Assembly (NCBI RefSeq): GCF_018350175.1
Contig: NC_058368.1
Span: 89,778,001 to 89,842,000 of the forward strand
Source of the DNA: Felis catus
Taxonomy: Eukaryota
Direction: 5' to 3'
Length of the DNA stretch: 64,000 nucleotides
The position numbers and the translations under genes were made by a program. Below are positions 25,181 through 39,111 of the stretch, one piece after another (the first letter of the stretch is position 1; every line of letters begins with the position of its first letter). Under the pieces are notes generated by a model. It saw nothing but the letters and a program-made list of their open reading frames with translations, was not told the origin of the DNA and ran no database searches.

Positions 25181-28100
25181 TTTTTAGCATATAAGCATAA
25201 GAAAAGTTATGCTCTTAATCATATGTCATCAGGGAAATGAAAATTAAAAATAGTAACAATGAGATACCACTACACATACCATTTAGAGTGGTCAACATCC
25301 AGAACACTGACAACATCAAATGCTGGAAAGGATGTGGAGCAATAGGAAGTCTCATTCATTGCTAGTGGGAATGCGAAATGATATAGACATTTTGGAAGAG
25401 TTTAGCAGTTTCTTACAAAACTAAACATATTCTTACCATATGATCCAGCAATTGTACTCCCTGGCATTTACCCAAAGGAGTTGAAAACTTACATCCACAC
25501 AAAAACCTGCACATGGATGTTTATAGCAGCTTTATTCATAACTGCCAAAACTTGGAACAACAAAGATGTCCTTCCGTAGATGAACGGATAAATAAACTGT
25601 AGTAAACCCAGACAATGGAATATTATTTAGCACTAAAAAGAAATGAACTATCAAGCCATGAAAAGACATGGAGGAACTTAAATGCATATTATTAAGTGAA
25701 AGAAGCCAATCTTTAAGGCTACATACATACTATATGATTCCAACTATGTGACATTCTGGAAAAGGCAAAACTATGGAGGCAGTAAAAAGATCACAGGTTG
25801 CCAGGGTTCAAGGAGAGGGAAAGGAGGATGAATTGGCAGTGCACCAAAGTCTTTTAGAGCAGTAAAAATATTCTCTATGACTCATAATGGTGGATACACT
25901 CCATTATATATTTGTCTAGACCCGTAAAATGTACAACACCAAGAGTGAACCCTAATGTAAAGTATGGACTTTTGGGTGATCACATGTCACTGCAAGTTCA
26001 TCAACTGTAATAAATGCATCATTCTGGTAGAGGATGTTAATAGTCAGGAGGTGGAGGGAGTCGTGCACTATACTTTGTCAAATTTGCTGTGAACCTAAAA
26101 CTGCTCTAAAAATTAAAGTCATTAAAAAAACAAAAATCTAGATCAGTGGCTGCCAGGGGCTGGAAGTCAGGAGGTCTGCTTAAAAAAGGGGAAGTTTTTT
26201 GGGGGTGATAAAGCTCATATTGTAACTGTGGTCGTGGTTATACAACTGTGTATTTATTTTAAAAGCTGTACAACAGTAAAGTGAGTTTTACGGTATTTTT
26301 ATTTTACTGTAAATTATACCTTAATTTTTTTTAAGTTTTAAAAATGATTCAAGAGACCAATATGCAAATTAAGAGAATAAATTTCTGAAAAAACACAAAG
26401 GAATTGGAATAATAAAAAAATATCCAAACTATACTGAAATGGTTTTCTTTAAAAATAATGTATAGTTTGAAATTTTTTTTCTTTATATACTGTACTTGAG
26501 AATATCAAGATAGAACAACCAACACCAAGATATATTCCAGTAAAATTACAGGTAAAAAAAGAAAAAAAAAAAAATCCTTTGGGTATCTAGGCAAAAAGAG
26601 CAACTAATAAAAGAAAGAAAATTATACTGGCATCAAGGCCATAGCAAAACTGAAGTAACATACATAAAATATTTAAAGAAAAAATGTGAGCCACCAATTT
26701 TACATTCAGCCAAACTGACTTTCAAATATAAAGGACACAAACTGTTATCAACATGCAAGAAATACAGAAAATACTACTCCCATGAGCCCTTTCTAAAAGG
26801 AAACATCTAGAGAACAAGCTTCCAGAAAACCGAAATGATTAGGAATAAACGAACTGGTGGGAGTCACTGAATATATACTTACCTACAAAACAAAGTCTAA
26901 ATGGGGAATTATGCAGGTTAAATGGGAAGGCTGATAGTATATAATGACTACATACTCTATCTAACAGTATAGACAGAAAATAACTACTTAATGGGAGTGA
27001 GGAGGGAAATGGGGATAATATTCTGAGCAGTTTTACCCGCTTTCAGTACTCATATTAGTAGTAGTATTTTTAGTACTGTTATTCTGAGACTGCAATGTAA
27101 TATGGGATAAACCAAATAAGTAATTACGGGATATTCAAATTCCAACATCCCATGTCCCTGAGAACTAGGACACCCAGTATTAAAGGAGATACACATGTAA
27201 TTACAGAAAAGGTTAACTAAAATCCCTGTTATTCTGATTCTGAATCAAAAGTCTCAATATATTTTTATATTTTAACTGTAAATATACACATATATTTTTT
27301 AAAATTTTTATAAGTATGTATATATCATATAAATATATATCTTTCAATCATAAACGTGTACGACTATACATATATGATGAAAAGCTATGATGCATATAGT
27401 CTTATTTCACAGCTCTGTCCAGTGAAAAGACCTAGAAACAGTGACCAACCCAATAGTAACAAGCATCTGTAGCAACAGATATTTTGGTCTTGAAATATCA
27501 TTTCCAACTTAAAAAAAAAAAAAAAGATTTCTTGGAAAAAATTATAAATTCCAGGTTTGAAGCAGTAAATACACAAGATGAGTCAAGAAAATCTTATTAT
27601 ATCAGATAGCAAGGAAACTACCAAAGACAGGGTTGACAAAAAACTCATAAATCCTTTAAGAAGCTCTCCCACTGGCCGACAACAGGGCAATTTAAGCATC
27701 AAAATAAAAGTAATAATCACAATCCACAACATATGTTTGAAACTAAAATGTTTAGATATGGTAGTTAATAATGACACTTTAAAAAAACCTAATTAGTCAC
27801 CATCAAAGAATGATAGTTTATACTGAAAACTAGTAAATAAAAGGAAACAAGCTTTCTTTTCTAATTAATCAGTAAGTGTGGGAAAGCATGTGTTTGTAGA
27901 TGTAGCTCACTTAATGAAAAAAGATGACAGAATTAGAGTATCACTATTTTGCTTAGATATACATAATTTACTATTAAAACTATAAGGAAACAAAGGAAGT
28001 GATTAAAAGAAAGTAATGGTTACTTTTGAGAGCACAGAGGTGGTTATAATTGGCTGTGGCAAAGGAAGGGGCTCTGGGGTAGGTGAAAAAGTTCTAATTC

Positions 28101-29610
28101 TTGACCTGGATAGCGGTTACAAGGCTATTGACCTTATAATAATTCATTAATAGATTTGTCTGTGTGGTTTTCTTTATCTGTGTTTCATTTTACAATAAAA
28201 AAGGTTTTCTTTAAGAAGTAAATGATGAATAGCTGTTTGGCTTATCTGGTTAATACCAAATGGCAAAAGGAACTCACCACCCATCCCGCTGGAACCAGAG
28301 GAGCATATGAGATAACTGTGGGTCCAGGATTCAATGACCTCAGGTCCCTAGAACTCTGCATCACAGAATCTTAAGGAACTGGTGCTAAAGCATATACATG
28401 AACTGTCTTTGCATGAACTGAATTCAGGCCTTGACAATTTCTACATGTAGGAGCTTATGTACTCAAGACTGCTAAGACAAAAAGTGACCTTTCTGATAGC
28501 GGCTTTATTACAAGTTCCTGTTCCATAGACCAATTTCAACCAACAGTTTATCCTCCGTGTTACTTGGTAAAGATACGACTATTTGTTAAGAAAGTTACTT
28601 CACAGGAATCCTTTCTTCCTTCCTATCTTGTATACAGATTTCTTACCAAAGCTCAGAGTAAGCAGAAAACAATAATTCAAAATTGTCAAGTAGTTCTCAA
28701 CATAAGGTAAAGGGGGGGGGGAAGAGTGAGGTAGTAGGAGGAAAGAGTGGAAGAGAATCCTCTTAACCTCAGAGATATAATCTCACTGACCAAAGTGAGT
28801 ACTTTTTAGTTTATCCTGGTATTGTAAGAAAATGGAAACTTCCCTACATGCAAAGGACCTATAATTCAAAAGCCACTAACACAGGCTGAAAAAGAAAAAT
28901 ACAGTTAAATACCAATCATGAGGAAATTAAAAGGGAAAAGCAAGAAAGGGTGACTGCCTGAGCTTTAAAGGTAACTGGTAAATCAGACAGCATGTTTCCC
29001 TTTGGGCTTACCTGATCCAGAAAGCCATATCTGACAGAAGAGGGAGAAATTTTACTCTCTACCACACCTACTCTATGAAACTGAACACCCCTTACTTACC
29101 ACCAGCACTCTAAAGAGAGAGGGAAACCAAGAGAGACTTGCGTGGGTACCCAGGGAGAGTGTTTAGGTTTACTGAATAGGTTCATAGAGATCTTGAGCTG
29201 ACAAGGAAAGAATACTACTATCATTACTTTCTTTTTGCTTCCTGTAAATATTTTCCTGCCTAGTCTTGGCAATTATATTTTGTCTATTAGTTACTTATAT
29301 TGGTGCACTCCGTTCTTCTCACTCCCTAATATGCCATAAGCTTCAGAATGCAGGGACTGTGTTTTTTTCCATCCTATGTATCTTCCATATACCTAGTACA
29401 GCACCTGGCAAGATGTTATACACATAGCATGTGTTCAGTATGTTTGCTGCATTAAATTAAAAAAAAAAAAAAATTAAGGACAGTCAGGAAAAAGAGGAGA
29501 AAACTTGCAAAACTCAAGACAGAATAGAAGAAAAGTATGAGGAGGCATATTAGGCCAATATTAACACAAAACCTCTTTAGCACTGGTTGCCTTAAGAATA
29601 AGGCACCTGG

Positions 29611-29822
29611 GGGGCGCCTGGGTGGCGCAGTCGGTTAAGCGTCCGACTTCAGCCAGGTCACGATCTCGCGGTCCGGGAGTTTGAGCCCCGCGTCGGGCTC
29701 TGGGCTGATGGCTCAGAGCCTGGAGCCTGTTTCCGATTCTGTGTCTCCCTCTCTCTCTGCCCCTCCCCCGTTCATGCTCTGTCTCAAAAATAAAATAAAA
29801 TAAAAAAAAAAAAAAAAAAAAA
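29611..29822 (+). mobile_element. Young SINEC_Fc-type element with a perfect 17-bp TSD
   Basis: CpGs largely intact; TSD aagaataaggcacctgg at 29594-29610 and 29823-29839; long A tail. Confidence 0.95.
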
Positions 29823-30469
29823 AAGAATAAGGCACCTGGTATTAACCAGGTGTATCCCTTCACCACCTTTGAAGTATTAAAAAAGAGGCTGCAGGCTCCC
29901 CGGCAGGGATGATGGGGATATCTCTGCGGCTCTGGTTCTAGGGGCTCTCCTATTTCTCTGACTAGGTCTAAACTGCATTAAGGTAGAAGGGAACTTTGAG
30001 ATCTGCTTTGAATTCTTTAAAGATTTTGTGTTTCTGAATAAGGCTATCCTTAGAGACTCAGACTGAAAAGCAAATGAAAAAAATAAGGAGAAACAAATCA
30101 CATAACCTATTCTAGAACAGGCATTTCCCATCCCACTGGAAATCTGTAATTTGATAATACAAAAGCTCAATCCTACTTTATCAGAGAATTAAGTATCAGA
30201 ACAAACCTTTATGCACTAGGCAGTTCACGTGTCATTTTTATTTCATCCTTGTCATTCCCATTTTTATAAAAGGACACTGACACTGAAATAAGCAATGAAT
30301 GGGTTTTGAACTTTGACCAAAACCATATTCTTTCCACTGAACCTTCCCACTTCTAAGATAATTAGCACTGGTAAAATACAACACTGCCTCTTTAGTGCAC
30401 TGGCATTAGAAAGCTTAATTTCTACTATCTTGATTTCCACACCATTAAATTTATGCGTGCATGTCTTAC

Positions 30470-30581
30470 CACTTATTTCAAGCTCTGCCCAATGTGATTT
30501 CTTTCCATTTGCTGCTTCTTCAGAGGACATAATTGTGTACATCCTCCTAGGGTCAGGAGGCTCGTATTTTTCTTTGGGCAT
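30470..30581 (-). CDS. CNOT6: CNOT6 first coding exon (exon 2; exon starts at 30583, 112 coding nt)
   Basis: MPKEKYEPPDPRRMYTIMSSEEAANGKKSHWAELEIS(G) is the CNOT6 N-terminus. Acceptor tactgattgcttttttcaattcaacag|GCATG, donor G|GTAAGA at 30469. G+GA gives Gly across the junction with exon 3. Confidence 0.97.
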
Positions 30582-31330
30582 GCCTGTTGAATTGAAAAAA
30601 GCAATCAGTATTCTGAAGAACCAAATAACTGGAAATAACCAACATCCTTTTAAAAGTAAGTACCCGTATTATCATCTCTAAATACCACTTCCCACTAAAA
30701 AGAAGCTTCTTGGAGAAATGGAGAATTGCAGGTCCAGGATCAGAAAAATATAAAACAAGGCTGGGTGCTAACAAAGATGCTGTGACAGCAGACAGCTTGG
30801 AGAAGCTTCCATTGGCCACAAGTAAGACAACATGAACATCAAAGAATAACTATTAAAAAAAAATTTTTTTTAAAAATTCAGTCACCTAAAAAGTGGCAGA
30901 AGGGAAAGAATTAAGCATTTATCCTGCATTTCTGGCCAAAACTAAATAAGGGAATAATCTTAATAGAATTCCATCTAATAAATGCAGAAAGTTAAATAGT
31001 TAGAAAAATCACTATTTCACAACCCAAAACGAAAAAAAAAAAAAAAGGACGGAGACAATGACCACCAATGATTAATGAAAGCATTAGGTGAAAAAAGAAT
31101 ACAATGGAAAAATTACAAATGGATATTCAGGCTATGAGATGTCAACACAATGGTCCATCTCATCATTAGGATGACTAAACTCATGTGCCAACACGACATA
31201 TTTTGCCCCCTCATCTAAACATAGTAAAAATAAAAAAATTGAACATGAATCAAATCAAGCCCTCCTACTCCTGGTAACCAGTTGACACAAAATGAAGAGG
31301 ATAGAGGAATATGTTAAAAATAATACATTC

Positions 31331-31508
31331 GGGGTGCCTGGGTGGCTCAGGTCATGATCTGGTGGTTCATGAGTTCGAGCCCCACGTTGGGCTCTGCACT
31401 GACAGCTCAGAGCCTGGAGCCTGCTTCAGATTCTGGGTCTCCCTCTCTCTCTTCCCCTTCCCCACTTGTGCGCATGCACTCTCTCAAAAATAACATTAAA
31501 AAAAAAAC
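31331..31508 (+). mobile_element. CanSINE with internal deletion
   Basis: Head jumps from ggctcag to gtcatgatc; CT tract and A tail present. Confidence 0.85.
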
Positions 31509-32530
31509 ACAAGACATAACACGTGAACACACTGAACACTTCTGAACTGTATACTTAAAAATGGTGAAGGCAGCAAATTGTTATATTTAACCACAATTAA
31601 AATTTTTTAAAAAATTGTAAACAACTCCACAAAAATACAGCCAACCAGATACAGAATATGGAAAGTTCTACATGAGAAAGATCCAATTTCTTCAAAAATA
31701 AAGGACATGAAAAAGAGGAGACCAAATTGACATGGATTATACAACTTACAGGGCACAGCAATGAAATGCAATACCCACACCTTGTTTGGGTCCAATTTGA
31801 ACAAACCAAGCATAAAAATTTTTGAGAATTTGAAAAACTAAATGTAAGTTGATACTGAAAGATTACTCTTCATTTCATTTGTGGTTATTTCCTTAATCCT
31901 TATCTGTTATCCATACATTCTGACATATTTACGTGAAACGAAGTCTCACACCCTTGCATATCCCCCAAACTCCTTGCCTGAGTCTTACTTCACCTTATTT
32001 GTTTGGATGAGCCCAAAGCCACTTAAGCCAACTCTCCACCTACTATGGATACATACCCAGCTAAATATAGCCAGAGAAAAACCTACTACACCATGTGAAC
32101 TTAAAGGGAATCACTCAGCAACCACTTACCTCAAATGGACTATTTATGCCGCCAAGAAATTATACTTTAAATTCTCCTAGTCCCTTCTACATGACTTTCT
32201 CTTCAAACTTCTAACATTTACCCTCCATCCTCCCTTTCTTACTTCCATTTTCTCATTGAAACAGAAAACAACCAAAAGAGGCCTTTCTATGAACTCCCAC
32301 CCCCACCCATCTACACTCTCATTTAGTAGGACAAATTGCCCCTCTGAACACTCAATCTCATCCCCATCATCTTGCCTGTTGAAGGACATTACTTGGCAAT
32401 TCTTTCCTACATCACTTTCCCCCTCTATACTAGATCTTTATCTTCAGTATACATATATATGGTATTATCTCCTTTATTTAAAAGTCCTGACCCCATTTCC
32501 CCCTCCAGTTACACTTTTTTTCTCATTCTC

Positions 32531-32533
<3 letters not shown>

Positions 32534-32580
<47 letters not shown>
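32534..32580 (+). repeat. (CA)n microsatellite
   Basis: Uninterrupted CA run. Confidence 0.95.
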
Positions 32581-32582
<2 letters not shown>

Positions 32583-33009
32583 TTATCCTTGGAAGTTACA
32601 TATGCTGTCTCCTCCTCCCTTTTTCCCAGTTAAAATCATTCAAATCCGTATGTGCTTTTAACATTCCACCAAAAACTGCCAGGAAGAAAACCAGTGGCCC
32701 AACATTGTTATAATCAATGCTCGTTTCTTAGACCTACTTTTGCTTGTCCTACGATCAGTATTTGATGTAGATGATCACTCCCTCTTAGACAGACTCACTC
32801 AGTTGGCTTCCAGGATATCTTTTCTCTTGGTTTTCCTCTCATCTTACTAAATTTAGTCTTTTGCTAGTTCTTCCTACAGTCAGAATTAACTCCATTTTAC
32901 CAGCAGAAACCTGAAGCCCAAAAACGTTTAAGAAATTTAACCAGCATTATAAGGCTGGGAAGTAGCAGAGTCAGGCTTTGATTGCATCTGATTAAAAAGT
33001 TAAAGCTAC

Positions 33010-33295
33010 TTTCTAAGTGAAATAAGACAATCACAAAAAGACAAACATTATTTCATTTACATGAGGTACTAAAGTAGTCAAACTCACAGAGACAGAAAGT
33101 AGAATGGCAGCTGCCAGGGGCTGGGGAAGGGAAGTTACTGAATGGGTGCAGAGTTTCAGTTTACGAGAATTACGGAGATGGATGCGGGGTAACTGTTGTA
33201 CAACATTATGAATGTATTTAATACTACTGAATGCTACATTTAAAAATGGTTTTAAGATGATAAATTTTATGTACATTTGCCACAATAAAAAAAGA
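33010..33295 (+). mobile_element. L1M 3' end fragment
   Basis: ctaagtgaaataagacaatcacaaaaagacaaac ... tttgccacaataaaaaa. Confidence 0.75.
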
Positions 33296-33796
33296 CTGGA
33301 AAAAAGTCAAAGCAACTTTCATTATACTATGCTGCCTTCCTAACTGATGGGAAGTAGAGCTATTTTTGAAACAGAAATGAGCTTTGGGCAGTCAAAACAT
33401 AGAAGTAAATAATCCTTAAAAAGCTGCTTTAAAAAATATAAATGATGAGACTAATCATCTGCACAAGAAACAGCACATCTATTTTTTGTTTTCTTAAATA
33501 TTATTGATGAAACTGTTGTCTTACATGTTAACTTCTGGAAAAGAGAAATACAAGGTCTGAAGTTTTTAGACTGTTACAAAATACCTAACAGAGAGCTATA
33601 CAGTCAGAAAACTGTTCCTATTCTAGAAGACAATCTGGCAAAGCAAGTGCCTTTTCTGAATGATATGAATATCCTAGTAATAACCTAGAAAATATAAAAC
33701 GTTGTGTAAGGCTACCAAAGCTTGATGGTTAACAGTGCTTAAGATCACCCAAATGCCATGATTTTGATCAGACTCTACTTAGAAAACAACCATCTG

Positions 33797-34030
33797 GGGG
33801 CACCTGGGTGGCTCAGTTGATTGAGCATCCAACTTCAGCTCAGGTCATGATCTCGAGGTTCATGAGTTCAAGCCCCACACTGGGCTCTGTGTGACAGCTC
33901 AGAGCCTGGATGGAGCCTGCTTCAGATTCTGTGTCTCCCTCTCTCTGTGTCTGCGTGTGTGTCTCTCTCTGCCCCTCCCATGCTCATGCTCTCTCTCTCT
34001 CTCTCAAAAATAAATAAGACATTTAAAAAA
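33797..34030 (+). mobile_element. CanSINE
   Basis: Full element; caaccatctg flanks both sides. Confidence 0.9.
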
Positions 34031-37000
34031 ATTTGGAAACCAACCATCTGATCTTCATTGGCTTTTCCAAATAGAATTTAACAATGGTAAGAAATTGGCT
34101 CTCTCCAGCTGAGTTTAGTATCTTGGTCCTATTATTAATCATTTGACTCCTTAGTGAAAGTTCAGAAGTCTGATTTGCCAACTACATGTGAGCTTGAATC
34201 AAGGTCCAGAGTTTGATTCCACTTCGGAGAATGGACAGAAGTGCCACTGAACTAATAAGAAATCTGAAAACTAGGCCCTGCACTTGGGGTCATTCCATTA
34301 GAGGGTCATAATTTCTGCATAGGTAGCCAACCACTCCCTTTCTTGATTTTTCATAATGTGGGATGGGTTGTCTTAAAATTTAAGAGACAGCTCATTAAAT
34401 GTGAAAGCAGTGAGGAGATCATCTTTATTTCCAAATCCCTGAGACTGAGGATTCGGAAGTGGGGGTGGGGGGAGGTGTATGACAGCAGAGAAGTTGGCCA
34501 ACCACTATACTGTACACCTGAAACTAATTTCAGGTGTCAACTATAGTCAAATTTAAAAAAAAAAAAAAAAGCAAATTGGACAAACTCCAGAAGCAGCAAG
34601 ACAAGCACATCTGCCCACTGAACACCTCCCCATTTTTTTTTTTTTTTTTTTTTTTGACTCTGGCAAAGCACAGCATCGGTAGGGAAAAGGATATAAGAAT
34701 GCACACAATTTAGGATCTTTCCCAAGACTTTGAAATCAACAAGCAGATCTCTCCTCTAAATAATCTGCAGTGGCATACCTTATTTTTATCTAAAAAGACT
34801 AAAAGGTTTCCAAAACAGACTTAAAAACTGTCAAGGATTACAAAAGAATTAGAAACAGCTAGGCCAGGGTAAGCAGCTATGCAGCACCTGACTAGTCAAT
34901 CCCCTATCCCTCCAACCCAATACCAGACATCACTACTGACCCTGGCAACATAAAACCCACGCCCACTCTGGATCTGAGAAACAGTTTTTCATTATCTTAG
35001 AATAATTATTTGCCTTAAAGAAACACAGGACATAATTTACCAACATAGAAAGACAGGCTTTCATAATTAAACATTTTAAGAAATGGCCTCAAAATACAGA
35101 ACTATAATCACAGTGGGAAAGTTAGCGTTGGCAAAGCAGAGTTACAAACCATAACACAACTAATAAGGTTATCCTGGAGTGTTTAAACTAAGAGTGGCCT
35201 AACTGCATACCATAAACTTAGAAAAACAGCTATCTAAATGAGGAAAAAAAATTAGGAACCTACAGATTCTTTACCTAACATTTCCAGAAATGGTCTGTGT
35301 GTGTGTGTATGAATATGGTGCAGTGAGGGGCCTGGGGCAGGAATCACAGGGAGGGGTTACGAGGGATTTATCAGAATCTAAAATAAAAGAACACCTAAAT
35401 AGGAAACAGACTAGAATGAAGATACAAAGATAACTTGCAAAAAGTTATACCCCACCCCCATAGCCCTAAAAAGATTCATAGTTCCCTAATCAAAGGCCTT
35501 ATATTAAATCTATTTTAACCATCCTCTGGCTAGGAGTGGAAAGAAACAGCTGCTAGAAACAGGAACATAAAGAAAGGGGTAGGAACCTCTGGTCTTTTTC
35601 CTGTTAGGAAACAAACTTCTACCAATCAAAACCAGGGACAATCAGGTATCTGAATGTTCCCATGGAAGGAATATGTAATTATAAAAAACCACCAACTGGG
35701 GGCTGAAATCCACTAATCATAACTACCCACAGCCAATAGGTGTGCCACAGCCTGCCTCTCCCTCATCTGTACTTAACCTTCACAATCAGTCCGGGTGGAA
35801 GCCAACAGAAGTGCTTAAGTACCCACCCACACCATATCTGTATAAAATGCAAGTCAACAGAGTGGTCAATGTCAAACACAAATTAAGCATAATACACGTA
35901 GCACAATGATTATACAAAATCATACACAAGAGAAAAGAAATACTACAGAAATCGAAAAACATTCCACAAAAAAATTGTTTCTTATGCTTAAAAAACTACA
36001 TAAACAAAAACTACAAATAAAGAAGTCAACTGTGCAACAACAAAAAGTGAGATAAAAAGAGTGTAGATCTAAGAGTGTAGAGGAAAAAATATTTGAATAT
36101 TAGAATCTCTAGAACAAAATCAAGGCAAAAAAGGAAAGTCACAGACTACATAAACATAATTCCTACTAAAACAAGAGGCAAAGACAGGTGAAAATTAAAT
36201 ACACGTTTATATGGAAAAACAAAAGAAAAGAGATGATTAACATAATATCTAAGAGAGTAATTGAGTAATGCCATAACTCAATAAACCTACGCTTTGGTAT
36301 TTACCAAAGAGAAAAAAAACCTCATTTCCAAAAAAATACATTTATATAAACTTGCATAATAGTTTTATTCATAAGTGCCAAAACCTGAAAACTGAAATGT
36401 CCTCAACAATGAAAGGATAATCAAAGGATAAATACTACTCAGCAATAAAAAAGGAATAAACTATTGATACATAACACACATATACAGACGAATCTCAAAC
36501 ATTACACTGAATGAAAAAGACCCAAAAGAGATTCCATTTACATGAATTTGCAGTGGTAACAATGGCTGCCCTAATGGGAAATGATGAAAATACCCAATAT
36601 CTTAAATGAGGTGTGGTTTATATTGGTATATATTATGTATCAAAATTCAAACTGTACATTTAAGGCCTATACATTTTACTTTATATAAATTTTACCTTAA
36701 CTAAAAAACCTTCTGTACTCAAAGACTTGGTCAGGTGTGAAGACAAACAAAAGGACATTTTCAAGCAATTACTAACAAAACATACAACCCATGTACTTTT
36801 CTAAATTACTCATTATAGCATTATGACAAAAAGTGCACACAACTTAAGTGGCCATTAACAAGAATGTTCAATTAAATGAGTCACTCTACAGCCACACTAG
36901 GGGAAATCATGCAGCTGTGGGAAGAATGATGGTAAGTATTGGCATTACATTGAATTATTTACTTTGTATTTTAGGATTAAGCAAAGAATGACTTATGTCA

Positions 37001-38276
37001 ATGATGTTAAGAACCAAGATTTTCAGGGTAAGAAAGCATTTATAAATCAAGTGAAAACACCAACACCAAAACTGACTTGAGAATACCAATATAAACTAAT
37101 GATTTTAAATTTGTTTCTAACAATGCACTGGAGTGCTTCAGAAGCTATGCTATGTCTGGAATAACAGCACCTCTAATCCTCAGTTTTGATCTCTAATACC
37201 AAGAAAGCAAAGTTCTTTGTAAAATGGATGATTACAAGTCTGGGGCAGGAAATGTATAAAATGTATAAAGCCTGAGGCATCCTTTAGTGCCAAAAACCTA
37301 AGTCAACAGGACACAGGAGCCAGTTAGAAGGGGTCCTCACTGGCCAAAACTGTGGACAACTTGAGCAAAAAGAATCATAAGTATAAAGGAATGAAATACA
37401 CTGAATCAACAAAGATGTGTAGATAATATAAGTACCTGTGCTACAGAAAACAGCTGGCAGTGCTGTAAAAGGTGGATTAGCAGCAGAGGAAACTACTGCA
37501 GTAATCAAGGCAAGAAGAAAGCAAGGGGGAGGAGGAGGAAAGGGAGTGCCAAAGGTGCAAGTTAGACAAACACCATTGCAGGCAGCTTTCAAACTAAGAA
37601 AATTGGTCACCAAAGAGAAAGATTTAGGTGTTTAACTTTTCAGCAAGTACCGCATTTGAGTTAACCAAACAGTTCCAGTTGAAGAACAGCCCCACTTTAC
37701 AAAAGAATGACAGCTAACAAATGAACGAATAATAAAAAAAAAAAGGCAATATCATTTTATAACTCCTTTTTAAGGCAAGGATTCTAAATTGTGTTAAAAC
37801 CATTAGATGAATCACTGGCACTGGTGTAATGCTAAGGTAACACCATCATCCAAATTGTTTTTGGATCACAAGGTAGAAAATGTTCAAGGGAGGAATAAAA
37901 GGTTACCTTCTTCAATCTTCACGACACTAACGGGGGGGGGGGGGGGGAACCAGACACTGACTGAGTCTCTTGATATGACAGAACCCCAAGTGCACATCAA
38001 CAATGTTCACCTTGATGAAGAACTAGAGGAACTGGCCAGATAACACCAAAGAAGCAATCAGACAAAGTGAGAATGCAGGAGCTTCTGCAGGATAACTGGT
38101 CTGCTTCAACAAGCTGGTGCCAGAACTATTTTAGATTTGAAGAGAATTAAGGGATACATAATCAGAGGTAATAAATGGTCCCTATATAAGACCCACAAAT
38201 CAGCAATAAAGGACATTTTGTAGGCAGCTGGGGAAACATTTAATACCTAGTTCATATTTAAAATATGAATGAATAA

Positions 38277-38480
38277 GGGACGCCTGGGTGGCTCAGTTGG
38301 TTGAGCTCTTGATTTCAGCTCAGGTCATGATCTTGCAGTTTGTGAGATGGAGCCCCGTGTCTGGCTCTGTGCTGACAGATTCTTGGGATTGATTCTCTCT
38401 CCCTCCCTCCCTCCCTCTCTCTCTCTCTCTCTCTGTCCCTCCTCTGCTCATGCTCTCTCTCGCTAAATAAATAAACATGA
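38277..38480 (+). mobile_element. CanSINE
   Basis: Head, CT tract, aataaa; aatgaataa on both flanks. Confidence 0.85.
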
Positions 38481-38836
38481 ACAAATTTTAATATTAATGA
38501 ATAATTATGAAATCATGTTATTTTGGCCATGTACAAAAATGTTAAGAGGCACTCTGAAGTTGAAGAATTTATTTTAATTATATTGGCCAGATCTTTTTCA
38601 AGGAAAATGAAGTTGAATTACAGCCATCCTCAACTGACAAAAAATGCTAAATTTAACATCTCTTTTTTCCTTTTTACATTTTCATATCCATTCTTTGTGT
38701 ATTCTTTCTCAAACATGAAGGAGAAAAGGACTGGGGCAGAGGAAAGGGAGGCAGGGAAGCAGAAAGAAACTCATGCGCAGAAAGACCCTTTTGATTGACT
38801 TATCAGGCCCCTGTCAGAGCTACAAGTTAGGGTGTA

Positions 38837-39111
38837 CAGTTGACACCTGAACAACACAGCTGAAAACCCATGTGTAACTTCCGACTCCCCAAAATCTTTA
38901 CTAATAGCCCACTGCCGACCTCAAGCCTTACTGATAACATGAACGTCTGATTAATACATATTTTGTATGTTATATATTATACACTGTATTCTTACAATAA
39001 AGCTAGAGAAAAGAAAATCATATGGCAGAGAAAGTAGTTACAGAACTGTACTATAAAAAATCGACACATAAATGGACCTGTGCAGTTCAAACCCGTGTTA
39101 AGAGACAACTG
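38837..39111 (+). mobile_element. Tigger2-type MITE
   Basis: TA|cagttgacacctgaacaacac ... cccgtgttaagagacaactg|TA terminal inverted repeats. Confidence 0.8.

Larger units (their letters stand above)
22223..27900 (+). mobile_element. Mosaic of old L1M fragments, including a long ORF2/3'UTR piece at ~23790-26130
   Basis: L1 motifs such as caagacttactctaaagctacaatcatcaagacagtgtggtac and ccatatgatccagcaattgtactcc. Confidence 0.75.

Noticed and set aside
30264..30469. Extension of the CNOT6 ORF (KTCTHKF...)
   Set aside because: Intronic read-through past the GT donor at 30469.
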